Source: Candidatus Omnitrophota bacterium (lineage in GTDB: Bacteria; Omnitrophota; Omnitrophia; Omnitrophales; Aquincolibacteriaceae). From it: 64,000 bases of DNA. The notes below the pieces were generated by a model. That model did no database searches. It was given only the letters and a program-made list of their open reading frames with translations, and was not told where the DNA came from. Positions within the stretch are counted from its first letter, which is position 1; each line of letters starts with the position of its first letter. Both the position numbers and the translations under genes were made by a program. This document shows positions 19,168-29,911 of the stretch, piece after piece. The stretch spans positions 12,136 to 76,135 of the forward strand of contig JAYTHE010000026.1 in NCBI GenBank assembly GCA_043732705.1, written 5' to 3'.

Positions 19168-19216
19168 AAAGCGCCTCGGCTTCAGCATTTTGAGGAAGCC
19201 GAGGCGCTTTCTTTTA
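19168..19216 (+). terminator. Rho-independent terminator
   Basis: 16-bp perfect stem AAAGCGCCTCGGCTTC / GAAGCCGAGGCGCTTT with an 11-nt loop, followed by CTTTT. Confidence 0.65.
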
Positions 19217-19359
19217 CACGTGTTCAAGCTCCCGCCTATTTAGCCGTTAAAGATACGGGCTTCTGTCTTTTGAGCTGCATCGCTTTCAGTTTTAGAGCCT
19301 TTAAGGCCTAAAATAAAATGTCCATATTCGTTTAAATGAAGACAGAGCGAGGATATTGA

Positions 19360-20955
19360 ATGTTTGAACCTAAAACCTACTCGGTCGACCTGAAGCGCAA
19401 GATGAAGTCAAAACGTTGGAAACTTTTGCGTTCGATGACTCGCATTGAGGATCTTGCCCGTTATATGCCTAACGTGAAGTCTTGCAAGGTAGTGGGCCGC
19501 GAGCCTGATGGGGTGGTGACCGCATGGTCCATTGAAATCGAAGGTATTCCTGTGAGTTGGAAGCAGCGGGAAATATTTGATCTTAAAAATTTCCAGGTTT
19601 CTTTTCAAGCGACCGAAGGTGATTTGCAAGATTTCGCGGGTTATTGGAAGTTATCGAAAGAATCGGATGATGTGACGGAAGTTCACCTGCATCTTCAGGT
19701 TAAAGTCGGCATTCCTCAGGTTGAAGAAATTATCGGCGAGATGATCGTCCAGAAAATAAAAAAAAATTTCTCGCAAATGCTGGATGTCATCGAAGAAACG
19801 ATTGTTTTTGAGCGTTATAAAAACTTAACGGACCGGCAAGCGAGCGACGTGCACGGTTTTGCGGTTATTTGCCACCCTTATAATTACAACCATTTAGTCC
19901 GCTACCTTCAATCGTTTAATCCCGAACTGAAGCTGCCATCGCGTGAATTTCTTTCAAAAATATTTGAAATGACACCTTCTTATGCTTCTTATGAGGTGAA
20001 AGAGTTTCGGTCGAAAACGGGCAAGGTGACGCGCGGCTATTTTATTATGTGCCCGATTTTGCCGGATATGATTGAAAATAATCTCGAGATGGTTATGAAA
20101 AAAGTGGTGGAAGCCTGCCGCGTTGCCGAAAAGCTTGGCCTTGGAATTTTGACGTTGGGCGGATTTACCTCGATTGCGGCCGAAAAACATCATCGTGGTT
20201 TGCCTGGTATGGTAAATATTCCCGTGACGACAGGCAATACTTTTACGGCCGTGCTAGCCGTGGAAGGCGTTAAAAAAGCCGCGCAAATCATGTGTCATGA
20301 TTTAACGAAATGCAATGTCGCGATTATCGGCGGTGCGGGCGATATCGGAAGCGCTTGCGCGCGCGCATTATCCCGTATCGTAAAGAAGATCACGATTACC
20401 GGGCGCAATCCCAAAAATTTGATCGAGGTGAAGCGCAGTTTAGAAAATTATGGCCGTGCCAAAATTGAAATTACGCATGACAACCGGAAAGCAGTTGCTG
20501 ACGCGGAAATTGTGATCGCGGCAGCCAGTTCCACCCATTCAATCGTGGAAATTTCCGATTTTAAACAGGGCGCGGTTGTTTGTGATATCGGCTATCCTAA
20601 AAATATTTCGCATGCCGATTGTGACCGCGATGATTTGTTGATTTTCTCAGGCGGCATTTGCGCGATTCCAGATGAATTTGACTTTGGATTTGACGTGGGG
20701 CTGCCATCTAAGAAAACGATGTATGGCTGTTTCTCCGAAGCAATTTTGCTCGATTTAGAGGAGCGTTATGAAAATTACTCCTGGGGAAAAGGGCATATTA
20801 CCGAAGAGCGGATGAGTTATCTCTGGGAAATTGCCAAGAAACACGGGTTTGGATTAGCGCCCTTCTTTTGGGGTAGTCAAATGTTGAGTGAGAAAGAACT
20901 GCAGGCCTTACACGAGCGGCGAAAGCGTATTTTATTTGACCTCGATCATGCCTGA
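19360..20955 (+). CDS. Two-domain protein: N-terminal SRPBCC (polyketide cyclase/START-like) domain + C-terminal NAD(P)-binding Rossmann oxidoreductase-like domain
   Basis: The N-terminal 150 aa show the SRPBCC pattern. The C-terminus has a GxGxxG motif (VAIIGGAGDIGSACARAL) with a shikimate/saccharopine-dehydrogenase-like arrangement. Confidence 0.5.
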   Translation: MFEPKTYSVDLKRKMKSKRWKLLRSMTRIEDLARYMPNVKSCKVVGREPDGVVTAWSIEIEGIPVSWKQREIFDLKNFQVSFQATEGDLQDFAGYWKLSKESDDVTEVHLHLQVKVGIPQVEEIIGEMIVQKIKKNFSQMLDVIEETIVFERYKNLTDRQASDVHGFAVICHPYNYNHLVRYLQSFNPELKLPSREFLSKIFEMTPSYASYEVKEFRSKTGKVTRGYFIMCPILPDMIENNLEMVMKKVVEACRVAEKLGLGILTLGGFTSIAAEKHHRGLPGMVNIPVTTGNTFTAVLAVEGVKKAAQIMCHDLTKCNVAIIGGAGDIGSACARALSRIVKKITITGRNPKNLIEVKRSLENYGRAKIEITHDNRKAVADAEIVIAAASSTHSIVEISDFKQGAVVCDIGYPKNISHADCDRDDLLIFSGGICAIPDEFDFGFDVGLPSKKTMYGCFSEAILLDLEERYENYSWGKGHITEERMSYLWEIAKKHGFGLAPFFWGSQMLSEKELQALHERRKRILFDLDHA

Positions 20956-23131
20956 TTTGTTTGATCTTAGTTTTCGTTCCAACTCCTACGCATGGCCCGT
21001 CTTTTTTATCGCGGCATTTATTCCGCTGGCCGGCATTTATATCTATAAACAAAACTACAAGTCCGCATCGAACCGCGCGTTCTTTTTTTTATGCATCGCG
21101 ATTTTCTTTTGGATGATCGGACAGGCTGGTGTTTTTTGCGCCACCAAAGAAGCTCAGGCGATTGCGCTTTACCGCACCGTTGCTTTTTTAGGAGTCAGTT
21201 GGATTGGAACACTAGTTTATTATTTCTCAGTGGTCTGGCTCGGCCTTTCTGAAAAATCACGTCTCCAGGTAAGGCTGGGCTTTATCGGTTCGGTTGTTTT
21301 CTACGCGGCGGGCCTTTTCAGTTCATGGAGTTTTCCGGGAGTCCGCACTTATTATTGGGGCTATTATCCGATTTATGGGCCGCTCAATTGGCTGTTTTTA
21401 TGCTTCTTTTTCTTTTATTTTTTTGCGGCTTTTTTTAATTTCGTCAAAGCGCTTAAAACAGAAACCAACCGCCAGCGTATTGCGCAGATTCAATTGATCA
21501 ACATTGCATTTATTATTTCTTTTTTTTCCTCGCTCGACTACGTTCCCAAGCTGATTTCATTTTCACTTTATCCGTTGGGATTTTTATACGTCTTTGTCTG
21601 GATCATGATCGTGGCTTACGCCATCATTAAATATCACGCAATGGACATTGAAACCGTCATTCATAAAACGGCGATGTGGGCCGCGACACTCGCCGTAGCC
21701 TTGGTGCCGTTCGTTGCGGTTATTTTCTTTACACATGAACGCATGAGAAACTTAGGTCATGTGACGGCGTCGATTCTTTTTTCATTTTTTGCGATTCTGT
21801 TTTATTTTTATTTCAGCAAAGTGAAGCCTCTGCTTGATAAGTTTTTTCAGAAACGGCGCTCGGATTTAAGCAGCGAGTTCGAACGTTTCTCAAGAGACAT
21901 GGTTTTTTTGACCGATTTACGCAGTTTGCTTCAGCGTTTTGCGCGTTTACTGCGCCGCAGCTTATATGCCCGCGATTTATCAATTTATCTTTTTGATGAA
22001 GAGCATGACCAATATGTGCCTGTGATTGCAAAACGAATTCGTAATTTAAAGCCGATCCCCAACAGCCAGGTATTTCTATTGTGGCTCTCCAAGGAAGCGC
22101 GAGTGGCTGGTCTTCAAAAGCTCAAGCAAAACCCTGAGAATGAAAAAATGTTAGTAGAGATCAACGCTTTTTTTGAATCGTTGCGTGCCATGGTCATGAT
22201 GCCTTTGATGGTGGGCGATAGGATGATTGGCTTTGTGTCGCTTGGCAAACGTATGAATTTACAAAAATATAAGCATGATGATATTCAGTTTTTAACCCAG
22301 CTTGCGGTTCCTGTCAGTATTGCGCTTTCGAATACCATGCAATATGAAAAAGTTCAGGAAATGACCGAAGAACTTTTAAAATGGAATGAAGATCTTGAAA
22401 AACGCGTTGAAGAGCGTACGCGTGAATTGCGTGAGACCCAGGAACAGTTAATTCAAGCCGAAAAAATGGCGACGCTCGGTATTTTGGCGGGAGGCGTCGC
22501 GCATGAAATTAATAATCCGCTGACAGCTGTTTTGACCAATGCGCAGATTTTGAAAATGGGCGCCAATCCCGATGACGTGGAATCTTTGGGAATGATTGAG
22601 GAGGGCGCTAAACGTTGTCAAATTATTGTTCAAAAACTGCTCAATTATTCCCGTACGGCGATAACGGAAGTTTCCGGCCAGAAAACAGATTTGAATAAAG
22701 CGATCAAAAATACCATCGCGATGCTTGCGTATCAAATCAAGCAGGAGAATGTTGAAATTGAATTCCATTCTGAAGAATTGCCGCCTGTTGCTGCCGTGCA
22801 AAATGAAATCGAGCAAGTTTTTACAAACTTAATTGTAAATGCCCGTGATGCCATCGCGGAGACAGGAAGAAAAGACGGTAAAATTCAAATTCGGACATTT
22901 GTGCAGAATAAGAAAGTTTGCGCCGAAGTGCGTGACAATGGCTGCGGTATTTCCAAGGAGATTGTCGGGAAAATCTTCGATCCTTTCTTTACTACCAAAG
23001 ATGTCGGCGAAGGCACCGGCCTCGGCCTTTCTGTGACGCAAGGTATCATTACGCGTTATAGCGGAGAAATCACCGTACAATCCGAAACCGGCAAAGGCGC
23101 TGCTTTCACTATTGCTTTCACTGCGACGTGA
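20948..23131 (+). CDS. Sensor histidine kinase (N-terminal 7TM sensor domain - GAF - HisKA - HATPase_c)
   Basis: ATG 20948 overlaps the previous stop. Seven hydrophobic helices. H-box [21 protein letters not shown]1 and G2 boxes present (DNGCGI ... GTGLGLS). Confidence 0.85.
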   Translation: MPDLFDLSFRSNSYAWPVFFIAAFIPLAGIYIYKQNYKSASNRAFFFLCIAIFFWMIGQAGVFCATKEAQAIALYRTVAFLGVSWIGTLVYYFSVVWLGLSEKSRLQVRLGFIGSVVFYAAGLFSSWSFPGVRTYYWGYYPIYGPLNWLFLCFFFFYFFAAFFNFVKALKTETNRQRIAQIQLINIAFIISFFSSLDYVPKLISFSLYPLGFLYVFVWIMIVAYAIIKYHAMDIETVIHKTAMWAATLAVALVPFVAVIFFTHERMRNLGHVTASILFSFFAILFYFYFSKVKPLLDKFFQKRRSDLSSEFERFSRDMVFLTDLRSLLQRFARLLRRSLYARDLSIYLFDEEHDQYVPVIAKRIRNLKPIPNSQVFLLWLSKEARVAGLQKLKQNPENEKMLVEINAFFESLRAMVMMPLMVGDRMIGFVSLGKRMNLQKYKHDDIQFLTQLAVPVSIALSNTMQYEKVQEMTEELLKWNEDLEKRVEERTRELRETQEQLIQAEKMATLGILAGGVAHEINNPLTAVLTNAQILKMGANPDDVESLGMIEEGAKRCQIIVQKLLNYSRTAITEVSGQKTDLNKAIKNTIAMLAYQIKQENVEIEFHSEELPPVAAVQNEIEQVFTNLIVNARDAIAETGRKDGKIQIRTFVQNKKVCAEVRDNGCGISKEIVGKIFDPFFTTKDVGEGTGLGLSVTQGIITRYSGEITVQSETGKGAAFTIAFTAT

Positions 23132-23162
23132 CATGATTGACCACATGTTTTTATCTTCAGTC

Positions 23163-23190
23163 TGTCATTCTCGCGCAGGCGGGAATCCAG
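23163..23190. repeat. Single unit of the palindromic hairpin repeat family (TGTCATTCTCGCGCAGGCGGGAATCCAG)
   Basis: Read directly. Lies 14 nt upstream of ATG 23204, at the boundary of the AT-rich segment. Confidence 0.8.
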
Positions 23191-23203
23191 GAGTTTTTAA
23201 CGA

Positions 23204-24607
23204 ATGAATTTGTACGCGTTAAGTGTGACTTGCTTTGGAATCACATCTCTTTTGATAGGACTTTTGGTTTGGATTAAGCTTGAGTCAAAGGTCGGATTTT
23301 ATTATTTTTTATTTTCGGCTTTTGCAGGGTTGTGGGGAATGTTTGAAGGACAGCAGTTTTCTAACAATTTTGATTACTCGACATCCGTTTTCTTTGCTAA
23401 GTGCTCAAATGTTTCGGCGATTTTTATCGGACCATTCTGGTATCACTTCGCCTTGGCTTTTGAACGAAAAGAATATTCTTTATCTCAGAAAGCGACACTT
23501 TTTATTTTTTACTTGGCTGCGATTTTTATTTGTTCGTTTTCTTCATCACGTTTATTTGTTGCAGGTGTTCACGAAATAGTTGGAATTAAGTACTACACGA
23601 AGCCTGGTCCTATATGGCATATTTTCACTGTTTTGTTTTTTGCATCTATTCCATTTGGTTTCAAAGAACTGTTCCGACATTTAAGTAAATTAGCGGGAAA
23701 AGAGCGGGGACAATGTTGGTGGTTAATTTGTACAACGGGCGTTGGTTTCTTGGGCGGCGCTTTAACTTTTCCACCTGCTTATGGGATTCCATTACCTCAA
23801 TATGGTTTGTTGATCATGCCGCTTTACCCTTTGTTTATGGCTATCTCGATGATGAAATATGGATTGCTTACCGAAGAGAATTTAATTTTAGCGGCACACA
23901 AAGATAAGCTTGCTGCGCTGGGAGTTTTAACCGCAAGCATGAACCATGAAATCCGCAGCCCTTTATTTTTAATGCGAGGCATGATTGAAATCGAAGGCAA
24001 AGGCTCTCCATTAGGGATTAAGCTATTGAATCAAATCAATCGCGTAACAGATATCGTTGCTCGTTTAACACATTTTGCAAAAAAGGGTGTGGAAGAAACT
24101 GCACAAATTGAGCCTCTTAACTTGAATGAAGTTTTAGAAGATATTCGTCCTTTATTTCAGCATCAGCTCAATTATCAGCATATCGAATACAATCAAGAGG
24201 TTCCCAAAGACTTACCCAAAGTGATGGCCGATAGGCGCTATCTCGAAGAAATTTTATTTAATCTTATTTTGAATGCCTGCCAAGCTCTCCAGAATACGTC
24301 GCAACCAACAATTGAATTGTCAGCGCGTATTCTTGAAGACCAACGACTATCGACTAGCGACCATAGACTCGCTTCTCGGTCCTCCGGCCTTGGGTCTACG
24401 ATCGTTGTCACGATCGTAGACAATGGCCCTGGCTTTACAGACAAGCAACGCAAAAATGTTTTTAAGCCCTTTTACACCACTAAAGAAGAGGGAACGGGCC
24501 TTGGTCTTTATATCACCAAACAACTTGTTGAAAAATGCGGTGGGAAAATTGAAATTAGATCTAGTGCCGCTAATGGGACACAATTTGTTGTAAAGCTGTT
24601 GCTTTAG
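23204..24607 (+). CDS. Sensor histidine kinase (7TM N-terminal sensor - HisKA - HATPase_c), paralog
   Basis: 7TM N-terminus. H-box LGVLTASMNHEIRSPL. G boxes DNGPGF ... GTGLGLYI. Lower-GC DNA than its neighbours. Confidence 0.8.
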   Translation: MNLYALSVTCFGITSLLIGLLVWIKLESKVGFYYFLFSAFAGLWGMFEGQQFSNNFDYSTSVFFAKCSNVSAIFIGPFWYHFALAFERKEYSLSQKATLFIFYLAAIFICSFSSSRLFVAGVHEIVGIKYYTKPGPIWHIFTVLFFASIPFGFKELFRHLSKLAGKERGQCWWLICTTGVGFLGGALTFPPAYGIPLPQYGLLIMPLYPLFMAISMMKYGLLTEENLILAAHKDKLAALGVLTASMNHEIRSPLFLMRGMIEIEGKGSPLGIKLLNQINRVTDIVARLTHFAKKGVEETAQIEPLNLNEVLEDIRPLFQHQLNYQHIEYNQEVPKDLPKVMADRRYLEEILFNLILNACQALQNTSQPTIELSARILEDQRLSTSDHRLASRSSGLGSTIVVTIVDNGPGFTDKQRKNVFKPFYTTKEEGTGLGLYITKQLVEKCGGKIEIRSSAANGTQFVVKLLL

Positions 24608-24709
24608 GGTGACTAGCTAGACGCCTTTAAAAAGACCTTCTGGGATCATTTGAGGCTCTTTAGTTTCCCGTTAATTATTCCGATACATATATGTAAAAAA
24701 GAGGTGAAA

Positions 24710-25087
24710 ATGGACAAGAAAATTGTTGTTGTCGATGATGAAGAGATACTGGTTAGATCATTTTCTAAGTTGCTGGAGAAGCATGGTTATGAAGTATTTG
24801 GATTTAAAAAAGGGTCAGATGCAATAGCTTTTAGCGAGGAAGAAGATATTGACCTAATAATATGTGATATTCGCATGCCTGGTAAAAATGGAGTGGAAAC
24901 AATACAAGATATATTTAACCATCTAATTAAAGATAAAAAAAAATTAATGCCAGTTATTTTTGCTACAGGATATGCAGACAAGGAAATAGAAAAAGCGGCT
25001 GAAAATCTTAAGCCAGTAGCAATTTTAAGGAAACCATTTGACATCAATCATCTTCTCGAAATAGTGCAACGGACACTGAGTAAATGA
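24710..25087 (+). CDS. Single-domain response regulator (CheY-like receiver)
   Basis: RBS GAGGTG. MDKKIVVVDDEEIL ... LIICDIRMPGKNG ... K. No output domain. Confidence 0.8.
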   Translation: MDKKIVVVDDEEILVRSFSKLLEKHGYEVFGFKKGSDAIAFSEEEDIDLIICDIRMPGKNGVETIQDIFNHLIKDKKKLMPVIFATGYADKEIEKAAENLKPVAILRKPFDINHLLEIVQRTLSK

Positions 25088-26109
25088 TCAAATTTATAAA
25101 AGAATTTAAACCGGAAACCTCGCTTCGAAAAAGGCTAAAGGCGTACTTACAGCGCGTTAACCAAATAGAGGTGGAGCTTGATAATAAACCAGCTGAGTGG
25201 GGCCGTTATCAGAGCGAGTTCAATCAGGAAGTTAACTCCGTATTTCGCGATTTAATGATTTTTGAGAAAGAAAATGTCATAGGGGGGAAAGAGCAGCTTG
25301 TTTATAAGCTAAAGAGATTTTTTACTGAAAACCTGAGAGATGTTTTTGTTAGAGGGAAATGTCTCAAGCAAAGCCTTCATAAGCCCTATGGATATGCGGG
25401 CGACTTTGAAATTATTAATGACATATATCTTAATGAGCCACAGACGAAGGGGATTGAATTACTTTACGATAATTACTTTCAGATGTCCGCAATTTGTCAT
25501 GCTGTTCGTAATCGTAAGAAAGATTTTCAGAATTTTTTTATTAATAAAGCAAAAAGCAAAGTTGGACGGAATGTGAATGTGCTAGATTTGGCATCAGGTC
25601 CGTGCCGAGATGTCTACGAGGTAATGAGTGGACCATTAAAGAATAATAATGACGTTAGATTATTTTGCTTTGACGCGGATGAGAATGCTGTTGCTTTTGG
25701 ATCTAAGCTCTTTGAAGGAGATCAAAGGGTGGAATTTAGAAAGTACAATGCGGTAAGGATCGCATTAATGAAAAATATAAAAGAGGTGGTTCCTGAAAGA
25801 TTTGATTTAATTTTTTCCACGGGGTTATTTGATTATTTAGATGATAAAATTACTGTTAGGTTGATAAAAAATTTAGGCAAGCTGCTGAAGCCAGATGGCA
25901 TTTTAGCTATATCGGATGTTCGCGATAAATTTAGCAACCCATCGATTTATTTTATGGAGTGGGTAGCTGATTGGAACCTGATTTATCGGGGAGATGATGA
26001 GTTTAGAGAGCTTTTTGGTGAGGCTGGCTATAAAAAAGAAAATCTCGAATTCCGTTATGAGCAACAAGGAATGTTTCAGTATGTATTGGCGAGTGGACCT
26101 CTTCCCTAA
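25084..26109 (+). CDS. Class I SAM-dependent methyltransferase with uncharacterised N-terminal region
   Basis: Motif I VNVLDLASGPCRDV, then an acidic residue after beta2 and a motif-IV-like segment. Overlaps the receiver stop (ATGA). Confidence 0.6.
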   Translation: MIKFIKEFKPETSLRKRLKAYLQRVNQIEVELDNKPAEWGRYQSEFNQEVNSVFRDLMIFEKENVIGGKEQLVYKLKRFFTENLRDVFVRGKCLKQSLHKPYGYAGDFEIINDIYLNEPQTKGIELLYDNYFQMSAICHAVRNRKKDFQNFFINKAKSKVGRNVNVLDLASGPCRDVYEVMSGPLKNNNDVRLFCFDADENAVAFGSKLFEGDQRVEFRKYNAVRIALMKNIKEVVPERFDLIFSTGLFDYLDDKITVRLIKNLGKLLKPDGILAISDVRDKFSNPSIYFMEWVADWNLIYRGDDEFRELFGEAGYKKENLEFRYEQQGMFQYVLASGPLP

Positions 26110-26123
26110 ATGAATGATTAAGC

Positions 26124-28427
26124 ATGATACAGATTTTTTGTGGATACTCTGGCTTAGTTAACTTTATTGTATGTATCGCTCTCTCAGTCTTCCTTTTTTT
26201 TGCCAATAGTAAAAGTAAAATAAATCGAAGCTTTTCTCTTTGGTCTGCCTGCGTAGCATGGTGGTCATTAGGCTATTTTGTTTGGCTATTTACTCCCAAT
26301 AAAGCTTCAGCCCTATTCTGGACGCGGTGCCTTATGGCAGGAGCTATCATTATCCCGTCCGCCTTTTTACATTTCGCTTTGATTTATGTTAAAAAAGACA
26401 TCCAACAAAAAAAACTTGTGTTTGGAGCTTATGCTTTTAGTTTTATTTATCTTATTTTAGATTTTACTAGCTACTTCATTAAAGACGTTGAGTCCCGGTA
26501 TTGGTTTCGTTTTTGGCCTGTTCCTGGAATTAGCTATCACTTGTTTCAGATATTTTTTATTTTAGCGGTAATTTATTCGCACTATTTGTTATTTAAAAAT
26601 GCAATTGATAGTAAGGTGGAAAGAGAAAAAAAACAATACATGTTGGTTGCTTTTGGAACTCTAGTTGCATTTTCTGGAGGAAGCACCAATTTCTTTATTT
26701 GGTATAACATACCTATTCCCCCCGTGCTGAATATATTAGTTGTTGGTTATGTTGTTTTGATTGCGCACGCCATACACTATTACAAGCTGTGGGATTTACA
26801 GCTGATTATACGAAGAACTGTGGTTTTTGCGGGGTTGTTAGCATTCGTTTTTGGTATATATTCAATGGCAACTATTTTTGTTCGTAATGTGTTAAACGAC
26901 TTTTTTTACATTCGTCCTTTTTGGTCAAACCTTGCTTCAATTTTTCTTATTGTGCTTGGTTACGATCCCATTCGAACCTTTCTTATTAACCTCACAGATA
27001 AACATCTATTTCAAAAAGGCTACGATTACCACAAGGTTTTGAAGGATGCTTCGCGGGGAATGGCAAAGATTGAAAGTCTTAAGCATTTGCTCGGTCTTGT
27101 GCTTCATTTTATCACCATGAAAATGCGTGTTGAAAATGTTGCGGTGCTTTCATTCGAAAACAGTGAGCGTTTATTTAGGTTGGTTGCATCGCGAGGTTAT
27201 CAAGGGAATGTCTCAAGAGTTTCTTTGAATACCGATCATCCTTTGATGGCCATGTTGCGTGAAACACGTGAAGCAATTCAATTGCATGAAGTGACGGATA
27301 AGCTTGAGAGTGCTGAAGAATCTGAATCTAGAGGAGATTTGAAAATTATCGGCGATGAAATGAAAATGCTGGGTGCAAAGTGCGCCATTCCAAGTTTCTT
27401 GGGCAATGATCTTAAAAATGTCCTTCTTATCGGGGACAAAAAATCTGGTGAGCCGCTCACATCGGAAGACATCAGCCTTTTGATGACATTAGCGCAGGAA
27501 GCCTCAATTGCGCTTGAAAATGCGCGTCTTTACGATGAAGCCATCAAGAAACAAAGGCAATTAGGGCAAATCAATGATCAGCTTGAGCACTCCAAAAAAA
27601 TGCTCGTGAATGCGCTATCTGAAGCGGAAGGCGCGAATAAGCAACTGCAAGATACGCAGGCGCAATTGATTCACGAACAAAAAATGGCGACGCTTGGACG
27701 TTTAGCCGCATCCGTCGGACATGAAGTCAATAATCCACTCACAATTTTATCGATGAATGTGTCGCGCGCAATTTTAAAATTCAGAAAAAATCCTGAATTG
27801 AAGGTGAGCGAGATTCTCGATGTATTCGACAAAATGGAAAAGAATATTGAGCGTATCAAGGCTGTTGTGAATACCCTCACCGGGCTTTTGAAGAAATCAG
27901 AAAAAGGGAAGTTTGAACCACTGTCGTTGAAGCTAATTTTGGAGGAAACTTTGCCGCTCGTTCAATTTCAAACTTATATGGATAACTTATCCGGAACTGA
28001 GGTGGAATTAAATGTGCCGGGCAGCGTTCCGCTGATTCGCGGCGATCTCGAGCGCTTGCAGGAAATTTTTCTTAATTTATTCATTAACGCCTATCATGCC
28101 ATGGCAAACAAACGCTTTCGGAAAATCCGTGTCGATGCTGAACTTGATCCTGAGGCCGCGGGAATGGTCGCGATTCATTTTACGGATAATGGCTCGGGTA
28201 TGAGTGAAGACACAATGAAGAAAGTGTTTAATTATGGCTACACCACGAAGCCTCCCGGAAAAGGTTCGGGACTTGGGCTTTATATGTGCAAATATATTGT
28301 CGAATTGCACGGTGGGACAATTCGAGTGAAGAGCAAGTTGGGCGAGGGCACAACCTTCACAGTGACTTTGCCGGTGTATCAAGAAGAACAAACGGCTGCA
28401 AGCGCGAGCCAGCAAAAGGCCGGATAA
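26124..28427 (+). CDS. Sensor histidine kinase (7TM N-terminal sensor - GAF - HisKA - HATPase_c), third paralog
   Basis: 7TM region. GAF-like middle. Coiled coil. H-box LGRLAASVGHEVNNPLTIL. DNGSGM ... GSGLGLYM. Confidence 0.85.
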   Translation: MIQIFCGYSGLVNFIVCIALSVFLFFANSKSKINRSFSLWSACVAWWSLGYFVWLFTPNKASALFWTRCLMAGAIIIPSAFLHFALIYVKKDIQQKKLVFGAYAFSFIYLILDFTSYFIKDVESRYWFRFWPVPGISYHLFQIFFILAVIYSHYLLFKNAIDSKVEREKKQYMLVAFGTLVAFSGGSTNFFIWYNIPIPPVLNILVVGYVVLIAHAIHYYKLWDLQLIIRRTVVFAGLLAFVFGIYSMATIFVRNVLNDFFYIRPFWSNLASIFLIVLGYDPIRTFLINLTDKHLFQKGYDYHKVLKDASRGMAKIESLKHLLGLVLHFITMKMRVENVAVLSFENSERLFRLVASRGYQGNVSRVSLNTDHPLMAMLRETREAIQLHEVTDKLESAEESESRGDLKIIGDEMKMLGAKCAIPSFLGNDLKNVLLIGDKKSGEPLTSEDISLLMTLAQEASIALENARLYDEAIKKQRQLGQINDQLEHSKKMLVNALSEAEGANKQLQDTQAQLIHEQKMATLGRLAASVGHEVNNPLTILSMNVSRAILKFRKNPELKVSEILDVFDKMEKNIERIKAVVNTLTGLLKKSEKGKFEPLSLKLILEETLPLVQFQTYMDNLSGTEVELNVPGSVPLIRGDLERLQEIFLNLFINAYHAMANKRFRKIRVDAELDPEAAGMVAIHFTDNGSGMSEDTMKKVFNYGYTTKPPGKGSGLGLYMCKYIVELHGGTIRVKSKLGEGTTFTVTLPVYQEEQTAASASQQKAG

Positions 28428-28431
28428 AAGT

Positions 28432-28791
28432 ATGGGCAAGAAAATATTAATTGTGGATGATGAAGTCGGAATCGTGGATGAGATTCGCGATTTTCTTGTG
28501 GAAGAGGGTTATGAAGTTTTTACGGCGGATACAGTCAAGGCAGGTATTGCCGCTGTGACTTCTTTCCGGCCTGATTTATTGATTGTCGATATGAAATTGC
28601 CCGATGCTTCCGGAATTGAAGTGTTGCGCGTCTGCCGCGCTGAATTACCAAACACAAAAACAATGGTTGTGACGGGCTATGTCGATCAAAAGGTCATGGA
28701 TGAGGCCGAAAACCTGGGCCGCGATATGTTTTTACAAAAACCTTTTGACCTTGTCACATTGATCGAAGAAATTCAAAAGTTCCTTTCCTGA
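28432..28791 (+). CDS. Single-domain response regulator (CheY-like receiver)
   Basis: MGKKILIVDDEVGIV ... LLIVDMKLPDASG ... K. No output domain. Starts 5 nt after the kinase stop. Confidence 0.85.
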   Translation: MGKKILIVDDEVGIVDEIRDFLVEEGYEVFTADTVKAGIAAVTSFRPDLLIVDMKLPDASGIEVLRVCRAELPNTKTMVVTGYVDQKVMDEAENLGRDMFLQKPFDLVTLIEEIQKFLS

Positions 28792-28859
28792 GACAAAAGA
28801 CTACAGGCTAAAGGTCGACGCACAATGACAAATTTTATTTGTCATTCGGAGAGGGCGGC

Positions 28860-28928
28860 TGTCATTCCCGCGAAGGCGGGAATCCAGTTTTTAATCTGAC
28901 TAGATTCCCGCCTTCGCGGGAATGACAG
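28860..28928. repeat. Inverted pair of palindromic hairpin units (MITE/REP-like)
   Basis: TGTCATTCCCGCGAAGGCGGGAATCCAG at 28860-28887 and the reverse unit CTAGATTCCCGCCTTCGCGGGAATGACAG at 28900-28928, separated by a 12-nt spacer. Confidence 0.85.
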
Positions 28929-28949
28929 AGTAGCAATTCTCATTAAAGC

Positions 28950-29267
28950 TTGGTTTACTTGAAAGAATATTTTGTTTATATTTTAGCAAGCAAGAGAAAT
29001 GGAACTCTTTATATTGGAGTTACCAATGATCTTGTGCGTAGGGTATATGAACACAAGCAGGGGTTGGTTGAGGGTTTTACGAAAGAATATGGAGTTGACC
29101 GGCTGGTCTATTTTGAACAAACGAATTCCGTTGAAGCAGCGATTTTACGTGAGAAGCAAGTTAAGAAATGGAATCGTCAGTGGAAATTAAGATTGATAGA
29201 AAATCAAAATCCAGAATGGGAAGATTTGTACAACAAGTTGACTGGATTCCCGCCTTCGCGGGAATGA
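28950..29267 (+). CDS. GIY-YIG nuclease family protein (COG2827-type small URI-domain endonuclease)
   Basis: YFVYILASKRNGTLYIGVTNDLVRRVYEHK ... KKW matches the GIY-YIG core. Start is TTG 28950. The last codons and the stop (..TGFPPSRE*) lie inside a repeat unit. Confidence 0.8.
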   Translation: MVYLKEYFVYILASKRNGTLYIGVTNDLVRRVYEHKQGLVEGFTKEYGVDRLVYFEQTNSVEAAILREKQVKKWNRQWKLRLIENQNPEWEDLYNKLTGFPPSRE

Positions 29268-29270
29268 CAG
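29242..29270. repeat. Single reverse-orientation hairpin repeat unit overlapping the GIY-YIG stop codon
   Basis: CTGGATTCCCGCCTTCGCGGGAATGACAG. The stop TGA falls at 29265-29267 inside it. Confidence 0.85.
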
Positions 29271-29342
29271 TAAAAACAGAGGTTTAATAATCGTGGATTT
29301 AACTGTCTTTAGTCCACAGTCTTCAGTCTTTGGTCTGCTATT

Positions 29343-29888
29343 ATGAAATTAATAGCAACTGCAATTCCCGATGTCATTTTAATTGAACCACAAGTTTTCG
29401 GCGACGAACGCGGATTTTTTATGGAAACTTTCCGCGGAGAATGGCTGACAAAACTAGGAATTAAGCACGGCTTTGTTCAGGATAATCATAGTATGTCGGT
29501 GAAAGGTGTTTTGCGCGGGCTGCATTTTCAAAAGCCGCCTTACGAACAAGCTAAATTAGTGCGCGTGATTAAAGGTGAAGCGCTTGATGTGGCGGTTGAT
29601 TTACGGCACGGATCGCCGACATTCGGAAAAGTTGCAGCTGAAATTTTATCCGAGAAAAACCGCCGCATGATGTATGTTCCGAAAGGCTTTGCGCATGGTT
29701 ATTGCGCGATATCGGAGACTTGCGAATTTCTTTATAAGGTCTCGGATTTTTATGCGCCGGGCTCCGAAGGCGGAATTATTTGGAATGACCCCGGGCTTAA
29801 TATTCAATGGCCTAAGCTCGACACGCCGTATATTCTTTCTGACAAAGATAAGAAGTTTCCAACCTTGAAAGAGTGGGTGAAAACCTAA
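29343..29888 (+). CDS. rfbC: dTDP-4-dehydrorhamnose 3,5-epimerase
   Basis: Near-collinear match to RmlC: IPDVILIEPQVFGDERGFFMETF ... VQDNHSMS ... VLRGLHFQ ... KLVRV ... DVAVDLR ... SPTFG ... VPKGFAHGY ... EFLYK ... IIWND. Confidence 0.93.
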   Translation: MKLIATAIPDVILIEPQVFGDERGFFMETFRGEWLTKLGIKHGFVQDNHSMSVKGVLRGLHFQKPPYEQAKLVRVIKGEALDVAVDLRHGSPTFGKVAAEILSEKNRRMMYVPKGFAHGYCAISETCEFLYKVSDFYAPGSEGGIIWNDPGLNIQWPKLDTPYILSDKDKKFPTLKEWVKT

Positions 29889-29911
29889 TCACGGACGTGG
29901 TCCGAGATCTT

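Noticed and set aside
20888-20947. Upstream extension of the first histidine kinase ORF
   Set aside because: It overlaps the preceding gene by 68 nt. ATG 20948, just before the first TM helix, gives a 4-codon overlap typical of coupled genes.
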